64,000 nucleotides of DNA from Camelus ferus (Eukaryota), in assembly GCF_009834535.1 (NCBI RefSeq), contig NC_045697.1:78866001-78930000 (forward strand), written 5' to 3'. Every line of letters starts with the position of its first letter. Positions within the stretch are counted from its first letter, which is position 1. Of this stretch, positions 13,196 to 27,519 are shown piece after piece. The notes under the pieces are model-generated. The model saw only the letters and a list, made by a program, of their open reading frames with translations. It was not told the DNA's origin and searched no databases. The translations under genes and the position numbers were made by a program.

Positions 13196-16100
13196 TTTCT
13201 TGACAAAAGATCAGTCCATAGGGAAACTGCCTAGTAGATGACCAGGTATGTGGTAAATGAAAAGATGCTCTTGCTCCTAGAAATTGCAGACCTGAGAGGA
13301 GCTGGGAAATGAGTGATTCCCATAAGCTGGAGAAGAACAGAAGAAAAGAAGTCACCTTGGAAGGGAGCATCTACCAGGGGACAATGAGTAATGAGAAGGG
13401 AAGTGACTAAGTACAAAAAATTACACTGCAGTCTTTTTCTATGGTGCAATCTATATTCCATGGTCTCTGCTGTTTTGGTCATGTTTTAGAGATCTTAAGT
13501 ACATCATCTTACCTGGTCAAATATTTCACTTACATACTTTTCAAGAAACTGATTTATATTAACTCAAATTTAGGGCTAATAACAGAGAACCCAAGGATAA
13601 GAAAGAATCTTAGGAATCCTACAGAACTGACTTCATTTTAACAAGAGGAAACTTGACTTACTGAAGACCACACAGCTCACTAGAGACAAATACTCCATCA
13701 ATCAAGTAATCAGATATAACTGAATATCTCTTCCATGTTTGAGGGATTGAGAGACGTAGAAAAATAGGAAGAACTGGCCTCCTATGTTTAATATCTAAGG
13801 TTAAAACAGAATGCTTAGGACCATTAATAATATACATAAACACTAGATATATATATGCACTCAAGTATGATATGTATAACATATGTATTCACTACATATA
13901 TATGTGCACACATATACATTTAGTATTCTGTATTGTATATATAGTGTATAGTCAGTTACTTTACAGCAATGAAATGAAAATGCTATAAAAATATAAATGA
14001 AAATGCTTCATTAAACATCAATATAAGAATATTTTATCATGCATCAGAGAATTCTAGGTTATTGATGTACTCTGTAATTTTTAACACTAGTGTTAATAGG
14101 AAAAGTAAAAAATGTTTCATGACTGCCTATTCAAGCAAAGAAAATTCAAATATGATAGAACTGAATCATCTATTAATTGTTCATATTTTCTGTTTTTTAT
14201 AATTTAAGTGAATATTATACTTCTTTTTAAAATCAAATAAATTTAAATAAATGCCAACTAGACTATATGAGTCCTTAGAAATAAAATACAGATACAATAT
14301 GACACTTTGGCAACGAGAAGGTCAAAGCTAACAAGATGTCTATTACCTTGTAAATTGCCTCTGTCCTTACTACAACCCAAATTAGTTTTGTCCTTAACTG
14401 GATCATGAGAGTAATATTCCATCGAGTTAACTAAAAATAACCTTCAAAACTCTAAAGAGATTTGTCTTCCCTAATCTAAATTAAAACACTGAAAGGGACA
14501 GATTAAAATACAAAAGAGGTCATGGAAATTTCAAAATAATTCCATTCCACAATACCTCCTGTCCCCTATCTCCACCCAAACCCATTCCCCCCCACCAAAA
14601 AACCTTAAAAATGAGGGTTTAAATAGAGCCCAGAGTACATTAGCCTTCTAGTAACATCACAGCTGTCTGAAAGCTGAGGGGAAAAACTCCAAGCAGGATT
14701 ATGGTTTCTTCCTTTTTTGTTGTTGTTGTGTTTCATGCTGTTCATCTGGGGGTTTTTGAAAACAGAAGAAAGAATAGACAGCTGGATAGACAGACAGACA
14801 ATTGCTTGAAGCCAGATTATTAGTAGCTTAAGTAGTAATCTTTTAAGTGTATTGCCAAACATACCGCAAAGAGATCTGAAATAGCTCTTGAATGAAAAAA
14901 GCTGAGGTGATATGGTAATGGCACACCTCAAAATGTTTTTCTGACCCGAAACTTTAAAATGTTACTTTCATCTCCTTAAAAGGTGCATAAACTATAGTAA
15001 GGTTTGGAATCTTCCTTTATTAGATGTGTCCCCATTGCCTGTTTCAACTGTCACTTGAATTACTCAAATTTTTTTATAAAAATGGAAGAATATTACCTCT
15101 ACAATTCATATTGTGTCAACATAAAAACTTTAGTAATCCTCCGGAACTAGAATAAATAAAACCATTTCAACTGTATTTTTCCTTGCTTTACAAACCAGAT
15201 GACAGACAAAAGTATGACTATGCAAACTATTTCAGTTAGGCATATTGGTCTATGCTGCTAAGATTTCAAGGTAAGAAACTCTCAACAGAATAATAAATTT
15301 CAGTTCAAAACTAGACTAATGAAAATGTCCATATAAACATCAGCATATGAGCAGAGCAGAACAAATACTTCTACCAAAATTTCATTGGGGAAATAGATGT
15401 AATGATTATTTTTATTGGTATAAAAATAACAATAGAAATAATGATTTAGATTTTTGAAAGCATAAAAAAATCTTGTGCGTGTTTCTTTTAACAAATAAAA
15501 GCAAAAAACACAAAATCATTTATATACTGCAGTCTCTTCTTATCTTTATTCCTTCACTGCATTTCTTTCTGCATTTGGGAGGGATAAGTGAGCGGAGCAT
15601 TGAAAAAATGAAACTTGAAAGTATTTAACTAATATATATTTATTGTAACCAATTCAGACAACATAAATGTATAAATTGAAAAAAAAATAAACTCATCCCC
15701 TTCCCCATCACCTGAATGTTAATATACATTCTTCTTGTTTTCTGTGCTCAAACAATATATATTAGATAATGTATATGTAATTAAATACCTATATATACCT
15801 TAACTCTCAAGTATTTTTAAACTTACTCAAGAAACTGTAAGAGAGCCACAACATCAAAGAGACAATATTTTTTGGTCCAAAATAAATTTCTTAGCTCCAA
15901 TCCAAGGTATACAAGGTATACAACTTTATACAAAGTATACAGTTCTACATTCGTCTAGGCAATTTTTATGGAAATGAGATTAGAAGACCTTGTCAAGTTA
16001 AAACTATCACAGTAAGAATCATGGAAGCCACTAAACCAGAAAACCTAAAAAGAAAAAAGAAAAACAAGGCCAATAAAGTGTATTAATATCTCTATTCATT

Positions 16101-16579
16101 AAGGATTCAGATAAGTTTATTCTGTAAAATTTTCATAAACAAAACCAGAAATACCCCTATTTGTAGCTTGTCACAAGAGAGCATTATCAATTTTCAGCAT
16201 ACATTTTTTTCTTTTGCTTCTTGTTTCAAAAATGTCTCTCCATTAAGATATTAGCAATGCTTTACTTTGAAACAAGTTCCTTAAATACGGATAATGTTAT
16301 GAACAATGAAGTGTTTTGTTTAATGTTAAAAGTTCCCATCTACTTGTGGTTTTGTTTTTATTTATACCAAAAACCTGAGTGTGATGCAATTAACAATTGC
16401 CATATTACCTGTCCATGTATCATTGATGTGGCAACTGCAGTAGCTGGGTTTCCCAGTGTCTTGGAGTGACTTAGACTGGATTTATACTGTATCAGTAGCT
16501 AAGTGCTCACTGCAGAAACTTGTCATCGTGTGGTTGTACATTGCTGAATGATTCACTGAGATCCTAAATCTCTTACAGT

Positions 16580-16790
16580 CAGTGGTATGCTGGTCAATGG
16601 TTCACAACCAGCTCTCTGGGGTGGGGAGAAGCCCAGCCCCGATTTGTAGCACTTTTCAATTTCCAGGGAGTAAATATTCCCACTATGGCCAATTTCAAGA
16701 TACTGAAAGAGGTCACTGACTTCAGAATTGGGAAGGGATATGCACAACGAGCTCCTGAGAGCATCTATGAGCCATTTCATAGCAATCTTG
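16580..16790 (-). mobile_element. MER63-like hAT-Blackjack non-autonomous DNA transposon
   Basis: Begins cagtggtatgctggt; internal gatttgtagc...gtaaatattcccactatggccaatttcaag...tcactga...ttgggaag. A related copy in opposite orientation lies at ~54402-54570. Confidence 0.8.
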
Positions 16791-19700
16791 AATATATAAC
16801 TTTGAAATTCAGTGACATTCCAACTTTTTGCTCCAAATGGCTGTAATCACGATTACCAAGAAAATTAAAAGCACCCCAGTTATCACCCTTCCTCTCCCTC
16901 TTCCCATCACTTTCCCGTCGTCTTTGGAAAACAGAGTCTAACTTTCTGCTGAACTTTTGATCTTAAACCTCTTACTCTGAACCCATGATATTAAAGACCC
17001 AAATTCTCCCTCTTCACTTTGCACATCTCGACAACACCATGGTCTGGGGAAAATAAAAAAGGAAAGGAACGGAAAAGGCAACTTGCATGGTTGTTCTTCA
17101 GGCCCAGAGCAGTTGCTGCCGTTTCCTAGCATCCAGACGAGTCAAGAGGAAGGTAAACAACTATAATTACTCTGCAAGGCACATTTCAACATGCAAGGCT
17201 GTGGTGACTTCAGAGCCTCCAACCGAAGTTCTTTTCCATCTCCTCACATGTGGGGCCATTAGGAATGGTTTCACGTGGGAAGCGCACAGCCAAGTGCCTG
17301 GCACAAGGAAGGGATGGATGGCTATGTTTGTTGAATAAGTAAATGAACATTCACTCCTCTCTCTATCTGGTGATACCTTTTATGGACAGTCCTTTAGAAG
17401 GAAGTATCCATAATATAACTGTATATCCATAGTGTATCCTCAGCTATTTGCAATAGAAATAATATGAAAGCGATTTATGCAAGAGAATACTCTGGAAGTG
17501 TTTCTGAATTTACCAGTGGAATAATTAAGTTGCTAAACTACAGGTAGGGGGAAATACCATATTCCTAAAATTGTCCAAAAACATTGCCTTCTTTGTCCTG
17601 CCACTATTGCTCCAAACCTCCAGGCTGGGATTCACCAGGAGAACCTGCCTGTATGCCAGGAGGCCAGGTGATTATCTGAAAAATGGTAACAGATGAAAGA
17701 ATCTGGCTTAGAATTACACTGGAGTACTTTTCGTTTTCTAATTTTCTACTCTCCCAACACTTCCTCTGCCTTATTTTTTCTCTTCACCAGCCCTATAATC
17801 ACATTACCACTGAAATAAGTAATCTCCACTAGGAATCTTCCTCCAGCTGGGAAACCAACAACCAGCCTTATATTGCCATGTGTTTTGATACTTGTAGATC
17901 TGTTCTTCCTTGAGTTCATGTGGAAAATAAGGAGATTTCTAAGGAGGGGGAAATTCTATAATTTCATGTTTTTTATTAAAAATGCAGGAAAGCATCCCAA
18001 ATTGCATCCTTTTATTTTGTAAGCAGCATTACAATTATTTTCGACCATTTGCTTTGGAAATACAATGATTTAACCTACATTACAAATTAATAGTCTCTGA
18101 TGAGCTAATCTGACCTTTGGCCCAGAGATTTATATACCTGAATACATGCGAAAGGAACTTCACTGAATTAACAAGTAAACGAGTGAATGAATAAATGGAT
18201 ATTGTAAGATCAAAGTCACTATTCAGGAATCTAAATGCACTTTGATATCCAATCTAATTGAAAAGATGTTCACTTAGAACACATCTCATTGCCATCTTGA
18301 AAATCGACTACATTTAACATAACACCATTCAATTCTGCATCTTGTTAGGGACCAGAAAACATAATTCTATTTTTCAACTGCTAGACCAAATCTTTATTAA
18401 CTTTGTGGTTATTGTTGTTGTTTTAGTAGGACTGAATTTTGTCTTCTCTGAGGAGCTTTCCTAAGTAAATTTTAGAAGTTTTGATTAGATCTGTTGTTTT
18501 CTCTGTGCCTTATTTTAATTCAGTAATTTCCTTTGGAATTGAAAGTCTCAAACACATTGGAGAAAGCAGAAGCTTCTCTATTGTTCCTACAACTATTGTG
18601 AATTTACCAAAACTCCAAATAACCTGTAGAGACCCTTCTAAAGCCACAACTACAAACAGAGGCAACATCTCATCTTTGTTAAGAAGCAATGGAATCCTTA
18701 AAAGTTTACAGGGAAAGATAAAACTACAGCCTTCCTAGACAATAGGAGGTGCATTCCAAAAACCTTCTAGATTTTGGTTCCAGAAATTAATCGCTCAATT
18801 TAAGGAGACAAATGCAACTAAAGTCAATTTACTTTTCAAGTGTTTGGTCATATATGAATCTGTGGCTTGTAGTACCTCCAAGATTCCCTCCCTCCTTTCC
18901 TCCATAACACTTACTGACCAATTATTATATTCAGTAATTGAAAATTAATATCTAGGATAGAAGATAAATTTTTCCTGATTAATTAAAAATACTGTTTTCT
19001 CGTGTTCAAAAAATAATACTAAGCACAAAAGCTTGTGTTCTTCAAGTGGGCACTTATTCAGTATCCACTGTTGAGTTACTAGGTTTTGTCTTCAATTTTA
19101 GATATATTTTAGCAGTATTGGTTCTCTCAGAAAACTGAATGGTTTGCAATTCAACCTGTCTGCAAAATCCTCTCTGGAGAAATAGTAGAGCTTAGTCACT
19201 TAACCCAACTGGGGTCAGCTATTCCTGATGACAAGAGTGCCAGCAGGGTGGGGCAAGCTTACAGACAGATTAATAAACAGTTTAATCCTCTACTTCCCTC
19301 ATATTAATATAATGCAGCAGTTACTCTTTCCACAGGGTACAATTAATAATCACTTCTCATTCAAGCAGCTGAGACACAACACTACCATTAGGCACTGTTT
19401 CTCCAACAGCTGACTCATCCCTTTCAATTTGGTGTCAATTAGGCTAATTAGTGGTTAGCAGCTCAGACTGCCCTTCAATCATTTGGAAAGAGCTTTCCAC
19501 ACAAATGTCAGGCACTCTACAATTTTCTCACGTACTGATGATCTAGGTCTTGGCTGTTAAGACAGAAGCTACGAGCAGAAAAGAAAGTATTTGATTGGCT
19601 GCAGTGCTTGTCTGCCCAGTGTCACACAAAAGAACTCTTGTTGGCCACCCACTAGTTCTGTGGTCTCTTGTCAGCCACAGCAGTTGGGGCACAATTTGTT

Positions 19701-22037
19701 GGCCACTGATACAACTGAATCATGGTATCTTTTCATCTCACCAGCTAGGTGGTCGGGGTGTGCTTCCCCCTGAGGGCATTTGTACCTGTTAAAACACTAT
19801 TTCTTTTGGCTCTGGTTCTAAACCCAGGCAAAAGGGATTAGGAACCGGGCTTTTAATTGTGCTTGCCTTTTTCTTTTGCGAATGGCAATCATTCTGTAAC
19901 ACCTTTTGTGATATGAAAATGAACACTGGATTAAAGCATATTTTTGATTCCTCACCAACCATTCTAGTCAGTCAGGCACCTTGCTTAAGCCGGTGGGTGT
20001 GCTTATCAGGCAGTTCAGCCTTGGCAGCAGGCAAACACTGAGCAATTTCAAAGCAAACCTGCTTTCTACTCCTAGAGAAGATCACTGGGAACAAGTTTAC
20101 AGAGATAATTCAAAGAACTATTTCGCATTATTCATTTAGTTATCAAATAAAATATTGAAAGGTCTGACAGATTGATTTCCTTTGTGAGATTTTAATAATC
20201 AGAATACATAAACAAAGAACCTGCATAAAATTGTAGAAAAACATAAAGTAGGTTGTTCTACCAATTAAATTTTCATTTGAAAAAATCTTTTCAAAACAAA
20301 GTTTGTGTTATGACTTTCAAGATAAGTTATGTATAGTGACATATCCTTTAGTAAGCCTCATAACATGAGAAAATTTTAATACTGTATAATTATGTCCTAT
20401 CTAATAGTTTAGATGTTTAAATAATGGAACATCATTCTATTGAATTAGATATATTATCAAACTTTCATTTCTAAGAAATTAAATGTTATGTAATAAGATT
20501 ATATATGAATACAATTTTGAATATGATAATTCAAAAGACATTTCCAGGAGTCAATATAAAATTAGAGATTTGCCAATTAAATATTTACAATGAAATAATA
20601 AAATATCTGAGTAATAAATCTCATGTCAGATTTTATGTAAAAAATCTTCAGAATACATCATGACATGAAAAATTTACATATAGTTTAAGTACATCTGTGA
20701 TGCAAGTTAAATATAGCCTATACTTTCACCTTATAAATGATACATTTTTATTTTATTTACATGTTTAAAGACTATATAATGTGTAAAATATATATTTTCT
20801 ACACATTATATTTTTTACACATTATATAGGGTTCAGTTATATATAAAATTTTTAAATATACACTTGAATTTACATTGTATAAATAAATTAAAAGAAAAAA
20901 ATTGAAAACACTTATGTATTTAAAAATGTGACATCAATTATAGCCATAGAGAAATGTGACCAGCAAAACCTGATAAATAAATACATTTTGACTGAAATTG
21001 GCTCAACAAATTAAATAATGATTTGAACCATCATATAAGTTTTTAAGATTTTCCAGAATGTATTTTGATAATTTTCATTTTTTAAATTTCATCTAAAGAT
21101 ATAAATATTGCATGATCTTTTATACTATAAAATATTTGAAAATATTCAAATATGTGTGCCCTTTAAGTTGAATTAATAAAAAACAGGTATAGATAGAATA
21201 CGTATAGGACTGAATAGGTAAAACCATGTAGAAATATCTTTGCATATATACCAAGTTATGGATCTGAAATTGTAAGTGTTCTTTTGATTTGCCTACTTAT
21301 TGATTATCAATAAGACTCAACCTTAGATTTTTCCCCTTAAATATAAAATGATACTTTGAAGAAATTTTTCTTAAGTAATAGGATTTACATTAAACTATAA
21401 ACCCTCCAATATAGGAAACAAATTTTTAAAATATGTTCTATATAGGAAGTAAATTAGCTTCTAAAACATGGGAATTAGGGAGGAAAAATAATTCATAGTG
21501 TTCTGCTATTTACTCTAACAAATTTTGAATCCCCAAAATTTTCTCTTTCACAATACTTCAATAGCAGGCAATTCACGTCTTTAAACTGAGGACTTCATCA
21601 ATGAGAACAATCCAAAAACAGTACAGTAGAATCTAAAAAACATAATCAGCTGCTTTCCTATATTTGAAAGTCTTTTGCACATTAACTCATTTCATTACTT
21701 GTTAGGTAAAAAAGTTTCATACCAATAATAGCACAATTTGCCATCACAGACATCAGTGTGAAAAATGACATCCTTAAGAATTCATACTATCCAAATAGTT
21801 TTCAAAATGTAAAACAGTGAGAGCAAATAATTAAATAACATCAGGCCTTAGAAAAGAGGGTAGAATAAAATAGGAAAATTACAATTTATAAATCAGACTA
21901 GAGATTTCAGTTAGAGAGAGAAAAATACTTACGGAAATGTATACATAATAAGGAATATGGACTTTTGCAATTAAAAAAAAAATAATTACATCTTTTTTTC
22001 ACCAGCCATTTATTCCACCTTAATGAAGAGGTGTAAC

Positions 22038-22340
22038 ATGTACTGTCTAATATGGCAACCTCTGGTACATGTGGCTATTGAGCATTTCAAATGTAGCCAG
22101 CCCAAAATGAGTGTGCTTTAAGAGCAAAATGTACACTGGTTTTCAAAGATTTAGTACAAAAACTATAAAACATATCCTCATTTACATTGATTACATGTTG
22201 AAATAATAACATTTTGGATCTATCAGGTTAAACAATATATTAGCAAAATTTATTTCAAGTGTTTCTTTTTACTTTTTTTATATGGCCACTAGAAAATGCA
22301 GAATTATATTTTGTGCATTGTATTTCCAAGGAACAACATT
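22038..22340. mobile_element. MER33-like hAT-Charlie DNA transposon
   Basis: ctgtctaatatggcaacc...acatgtggctattgagcatttcaaatgtagc...ttgattacatgttgaaataataacattttgg...ggccactagaaaat. Confidence 0.8.
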
Positions 22341-24736
22341 TGTGCGGACTGCAATACATAGGACACTAAATAATCAGTCATTTCAATCAAAATTTTGATG
22401 TGACTTTTTTTCTGAAGTACCTGAGAGGAACCCTATGCAAACTAGTTTGCCTATTTTGACTAACATGACCAAAATCAGCCAAAAGAAAAACAAAATCGAA
22501 GTAAATCCAAAAGCAGTAAAAAAAAAAAAAAAAAAAAAAACTCACAAAAAAAGTTATATAAAAATATGTAAATTGAATAATTTTCCATTGGTCAAGACAT
22601 TCAAATAGCCAAACCATTTGTGCTTATTGACGCAACTTCAGTTTTTTTTAATCCAGGTACATCAGATTCATCCCACTAGGGAATATTTTACATTCCTGTT
22701 ACCCTTCCATATATATTGGTCATTTATTAGTCTGTGCAACTGCTAGAAGGTTAAAATTAAAAGCATAAGATTGATAATGTACACTAGGCTTCTACATACA
22801 AAATATCTCTACAAAACATACAAGTTTATCTACAAATTAATTCTTTTAAAAAATAATACAATCATCCCATCAATAGTCACATGGTTATTTTATTGGCAAG
22901 TATGTTTGAGTATAATTATATCAAAATAGATATTTAAAAGCTGAAAATTTTAATGAATTAGTCAGTTATCTTATATATTATTGTACAAAGTCAACAGACC
23001 AACCATGTCCAAAGAACAGACTGAAACTGATTTTGATATTAAATAACATGGGAAAAGAAATGGCAACTAGAACTGAAAAACCTCACAGCTAAATCAGAAG
23101 TAAAACAGAACTGTATTGCCTATACTAAGCTTCCATTTCACAGCATGCCTCTTTCTCTCCTACTCTGTTTCCAGTAGATTTGTCACTTAAAGTTCTGTTC
23201 ACATGGAATTTGATGAAATCCCCAACAGACCACAAGATTGGTAAACCTGTTCTAACTGCTCTTACAATATCATGGAACAGAGCTTGAATTACCAATCCAC
23301 CAGAGAATGCTAATGCAATTATGAGTGTTTACTTACACCATGTGTTTCTCACTGAGCCTCCCCCGCTGTGTCAGGATAAACCAAAGGGAGCTAATGTTTT
23401 ATAGATGGTAAGACTCTGTTTGTTTTCAGTAGGGCTAAGTCTCCCAAAGCACTCAGACACACTAATTAAAGTAAACTGCAGAGGCCCATAATAAAATATA
23501 TGTGTTTGGAGACTGTGAGATGAACCCTACTGGCTTATTAAAAGTCAAAAGAAAAATATACATTATTTATGACTTCAAAGGGACACATTGTGAGCTCCAG
23601 TTTATTTAAAGGATTAACAAAGCAGTGGTTATTGGTGACCATCTGAACGGTTTTTCTTTCACAGTTCATTAGTTCTGTCATATATGTGAAAAGTCATCAT
23701 TTGGGTTCAAATCAAATATTATTAATCAAATAAATTACAGAGGGTACACCAACATTATTAAATGGAATCTTTGTGAAAATAGCTGCTAATAAATCTAGTA
23801 CTTACTTTTGAACAGTTGCCTAGTTGCAGCAGTGTGATTTAGAAAATGTGTCATAAGTATTAAATAATATATTCTTCATAAATTTGGACATTCCAGAAAT
23901 AGAAAGCTGGGGAATACAATTACAAAACAAGTTACTTCATAACTATCTATTTTCAAAAAAGTTAATCTGTAATCCCTTAATCTGGAAACCAGGAAATTTC
24001 ACAAAGAAGGCTACTTTCCCAGTTTCAACACAAACTATAATAGAAGAAAAAGTAATGGCACATAAAAGTCAGAGCCCTTTTACATGTTATTATTACTTTG
24101 AATTAAGAATCTCTGAGTTCTAAATCAATCCATATTATTTAATCAAAGGATATTGTTTACACTTGGCTTAATTAAGTCTGAACATACGATGATGAAGACA
24201 AATTAATATTGCTGCATTTGTTCCCCAGTATGTGAATAATTGCAAAGCTAACCATTATTAATAGTTTTTATCAATGAAAATTTCATATTATTTAACTGAT
24301 TATTGTCATGCATCTGAAGACTCCATATAAAATCTTGCAAGCATTTCAAGGTATGATACTAGAAGAATTTATTTCTCGTATTGCTCTAGTCACCTTGAGA
24401 TTTACCTAAGTTTACATTTTAAAAGGAAATAATGTCCCCCCAAAATAAGATATCCTTTCTGGACTGTCTAGGAAATAGAGGTCCCCTTAGTTTTCTCAAG
24501 ATGGCAGATCTGGTATATATGACAGATCTGATTTTGCCTCCTGATTGTTTTATTAGGGCTTTTGATCTCATTTTTTCTTTTTTTTCATTTTCTGTCCCTC
24601 CTCCTTCTCCCCTCTACTTTCTGCCCCCACTTTCTCTCTCTCTCTCTGTCTGTCTCTATTTAGCATTTATTTCTATCCGAAATTTGCCCATAGTCAATTA
24701 TCATCACAAGCTCAGGTTAAGAATACAATAAAAACT

Positions 24737-25456
24737 AAGGGAACCCTCCTACACTGTTGGTGGCAATGTAGTTTGGAGCAGCCATTATAGAAAACAGTAT
24801 GGAGATTCCTCAAAAAACTAAAAATAGACTTAACGTTTGATCCAGCAATCCCACTCCTGAGCATATATCTGGAGAGAACTCTAATTTGGAAAGATACATG
24901 CACCCCAATGTTCACAGAAGCACTATATATAATAGTCAAGACATGAAAAAAACCTAAATATCCATTAACAGATGACCAGATAAAGAAGTTATGATATATT
25001 TATACAATGGAATATTACTCAGTCATAAAAAAGAATAAAATAATGCCATTTGCAGCAATGTGGATGGACCTGGAGATCACCATTCTAAGTGAAGTAAGCC
25101 AGAAAGAAAAAGAAAAATACTATATGATATCACTTATATGTGGAATTTTAAAAAAAGACAAATGGACTTACTACAATCTACAAAAAAGAATCAGACTCAC
25201 AGATAGTAAACAAACTTTTGGTTACTGGAAGGAAGGAGGGTGGGAAGGGGTAAATTGGGAATTTGAGATTTGCATATATATAAAATAAACAAGTTTATAC
25301 TGTATAGCACAGGGAACTATATTCAATATCTTATAGTAACCTATAATGAAAAAATATGGAAATGAATATATGTATGTATATGTATGACTGAAATATTATG
25401 CTGTACATCAGAAATTGACATATTGTAAACTGAATATACCTCAATTAAAAAAAAAA
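24737..25456 (+). mobile_element. Younger 5'-truncated LINE-1 3' end, same family as the 10264-10957 copy
   Basis: ORF2 C-terminus MEYYSVIKKNKIMPFAAMWMDLEITILSEVSQKEKEKYYMISLICGI. 3'UTR closely similar to the 10.5-kb copy. A-tail. TSD-like aaaaactaaggg (24730-24741) and aaaaacaaggg (25452-25462). Confidence 0.92.
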
Positions 25457-26409
25457 CAAGGGTTATGACATTTTGAACATTATAAGTCACATTTCTAGAT
25501 AGTAAGTTAAAATTGCCAAGAGTTAAAAACCAATGATAGAAAATCTGTTTTTCATTTTCTTCATAAATTCACTTTAATATCTCTCTATTCTGCCTTTCCT
25601 TAAGCAGAAAAAGACAAAAACCTAATTTGAATAAACTCAGCCCTACCAAAACAGTACTTATTCAAAATTAGTTTTATTTCTATAATTTATGTAGCATCAC
25701 CTCAACACCAAGATTTATATAACTTTAATTTTTAGATTTATGAACCTATTGGCAGTTAAATTTATATTATAATTTTAATATTCTAGAAAATATTAATGGT
25801 GGAAAGAATATATTACTCCGACTTGGTTGTAAGATGATTGCCTTAATGCACATTACAGAGGGAAAACAATAAACAAAATTTATTGGACTAAGGGCTACTT
25901 GTATTATTTCTCTTTTATCTACTTTCTCTCTTTTTTCTTTTGACCAGTGGGCTTCCTATGTGTATTTTTATGTAATGCTAAATTTAAAAGCTTCTTTCTA
26001 TCTTCACAATTCTGGAACCGTGGTGCTTTTATGCCTCTTTTTCCTTAAAAGATGCTCTACAGACATATCCTATATTATTTCAAGAGCATCCCATGATGAT
26101 TCAGTAAACAAAATTAAACAAACTAACTAAAACCTACCACTAAAAAACCCATATCTTCTTTAAAATTTATGTTCCTTTGTGCAGTAACAAGCATTTGGGT
26201 GTAACCTGACCACACAGGTATAAATTCAAACAGGTGCCTTAGTTTTATTGCTTTGGGCCAAATGTTCTTAGCCCCATTTTAACTATCTCTGTTTTACCAA
26301 ATCAAGATGTCCTTATTTCAGCATCAGATTTAAAGTATTTTGCAAACACAATAGAGGTCTCCCATTTTCAAATTAAATTTTGTTTGAAAAGAAGATAAAG
26401 AATAGCTAC

Positions 26410-26590
26410 TTTTTTTAGCACTTACTGAGAGGTAGATCTAGTACCTCCATTTTATAAATAACATCAAGATTCAGAGAGACATGGCTATTATTTTTACTGT
26501 CATACTACTAGTAAGCAGTGAAGCCTAGATTTTAATATTAGCCCAACCCTGTCTGAATCTAGAGTTGAGAGCCTAACCACCCTGATAACT
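26410..26590 (-). mobile_element. MIR SINE fragment
   Basis: ctccattttataaataacatcaagattcagagag...ctagtaagcagtgaagcctagattt...tgtctgaatctagag. Confidence 0.6.
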
Positions 26591-27519
26591 TTCCAGTAAC
26601 AGGAAACCACTCTCAATCTATAAGGCCAGACTTTCAGGCCTGTGATTAATCAATGGATTGTACCAAAAAACTTGAGTTAAATATATTCATCATATCTCAA
26701 AGTATTTCACTAAAGTATTCTGATTCCCTATACTAAATAAATAAATAACATTATTTATCTTAAAAATCAGAGACTTGACATAATGAGATAAATCTCTAGC
26801 CACAGCACTTCCTTAGAATTTTCATTATCCTCACATTGTGTGGCTCTTAATTCTATCTTTTAAAGAACTTTTTTGTTATAATTTATATAAACCTATATCT
26901 ACTAAACAAAATATCCATGTTTGGATCCAAAATTTTGATATTATCAATATTTGTTTCTGCCTCCCCCACCAAAACTGCAGCTTTCAGATTCAACTAAATT
27001 TTACTGCTTTGTAACATTCACAACTAGTTTCACAGTCCTATATGCAAGGATGGTATTCAATAAATATGTATTAGAAAAACGATGACCTCTTATGAAAAGA
27101 AGTTGGACATCTTACTCAAAATATGACAATAAAAACAATTACTTTAAGACTTTAAAACTTAAAACACAGGGGAGCCAAAATAAATCTCCTAGATTCAAAA
27201 CTAAATGCATGGGTTTTATTAATGTACTTAATCCAATTTAAATTCTATTCAACTTTGAAAACAGCAGGAAATAGAGAAAAATACCCAATTATTATCTGGT
27301 CTAGGACAATCTTATAAAACATTTTTAATTTATAATCCCAAATTTAAGGTCTAAGCACTGATTTTATTCCATAAATACATATTTAGAAATGAATGAATAC
27401 TGTCAAAGATCTATATAAACTATTTTTTTCAAGTTTACAACTTAATGTATGGGCTGAGACTCAAACAGTAAAAAGGTAAATAAAAATGAAGTAAGACTTT
27501 TTTGTCATGCAGCTTATCC

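Noticed and set aside
16409..16560. Minus-strand donor CAG|gtaata at 16409 suggesting an exon
   Set aside because: No good acceptor with a pyrimidine tract upstream, and it abuts a MER63-like element.
25007..25288. ORF MEYYSVIKKNKIMPF..., with similar ORFs at 10384 and 58759
   Set aside because: L1 ORF2 C-terminal remnants.
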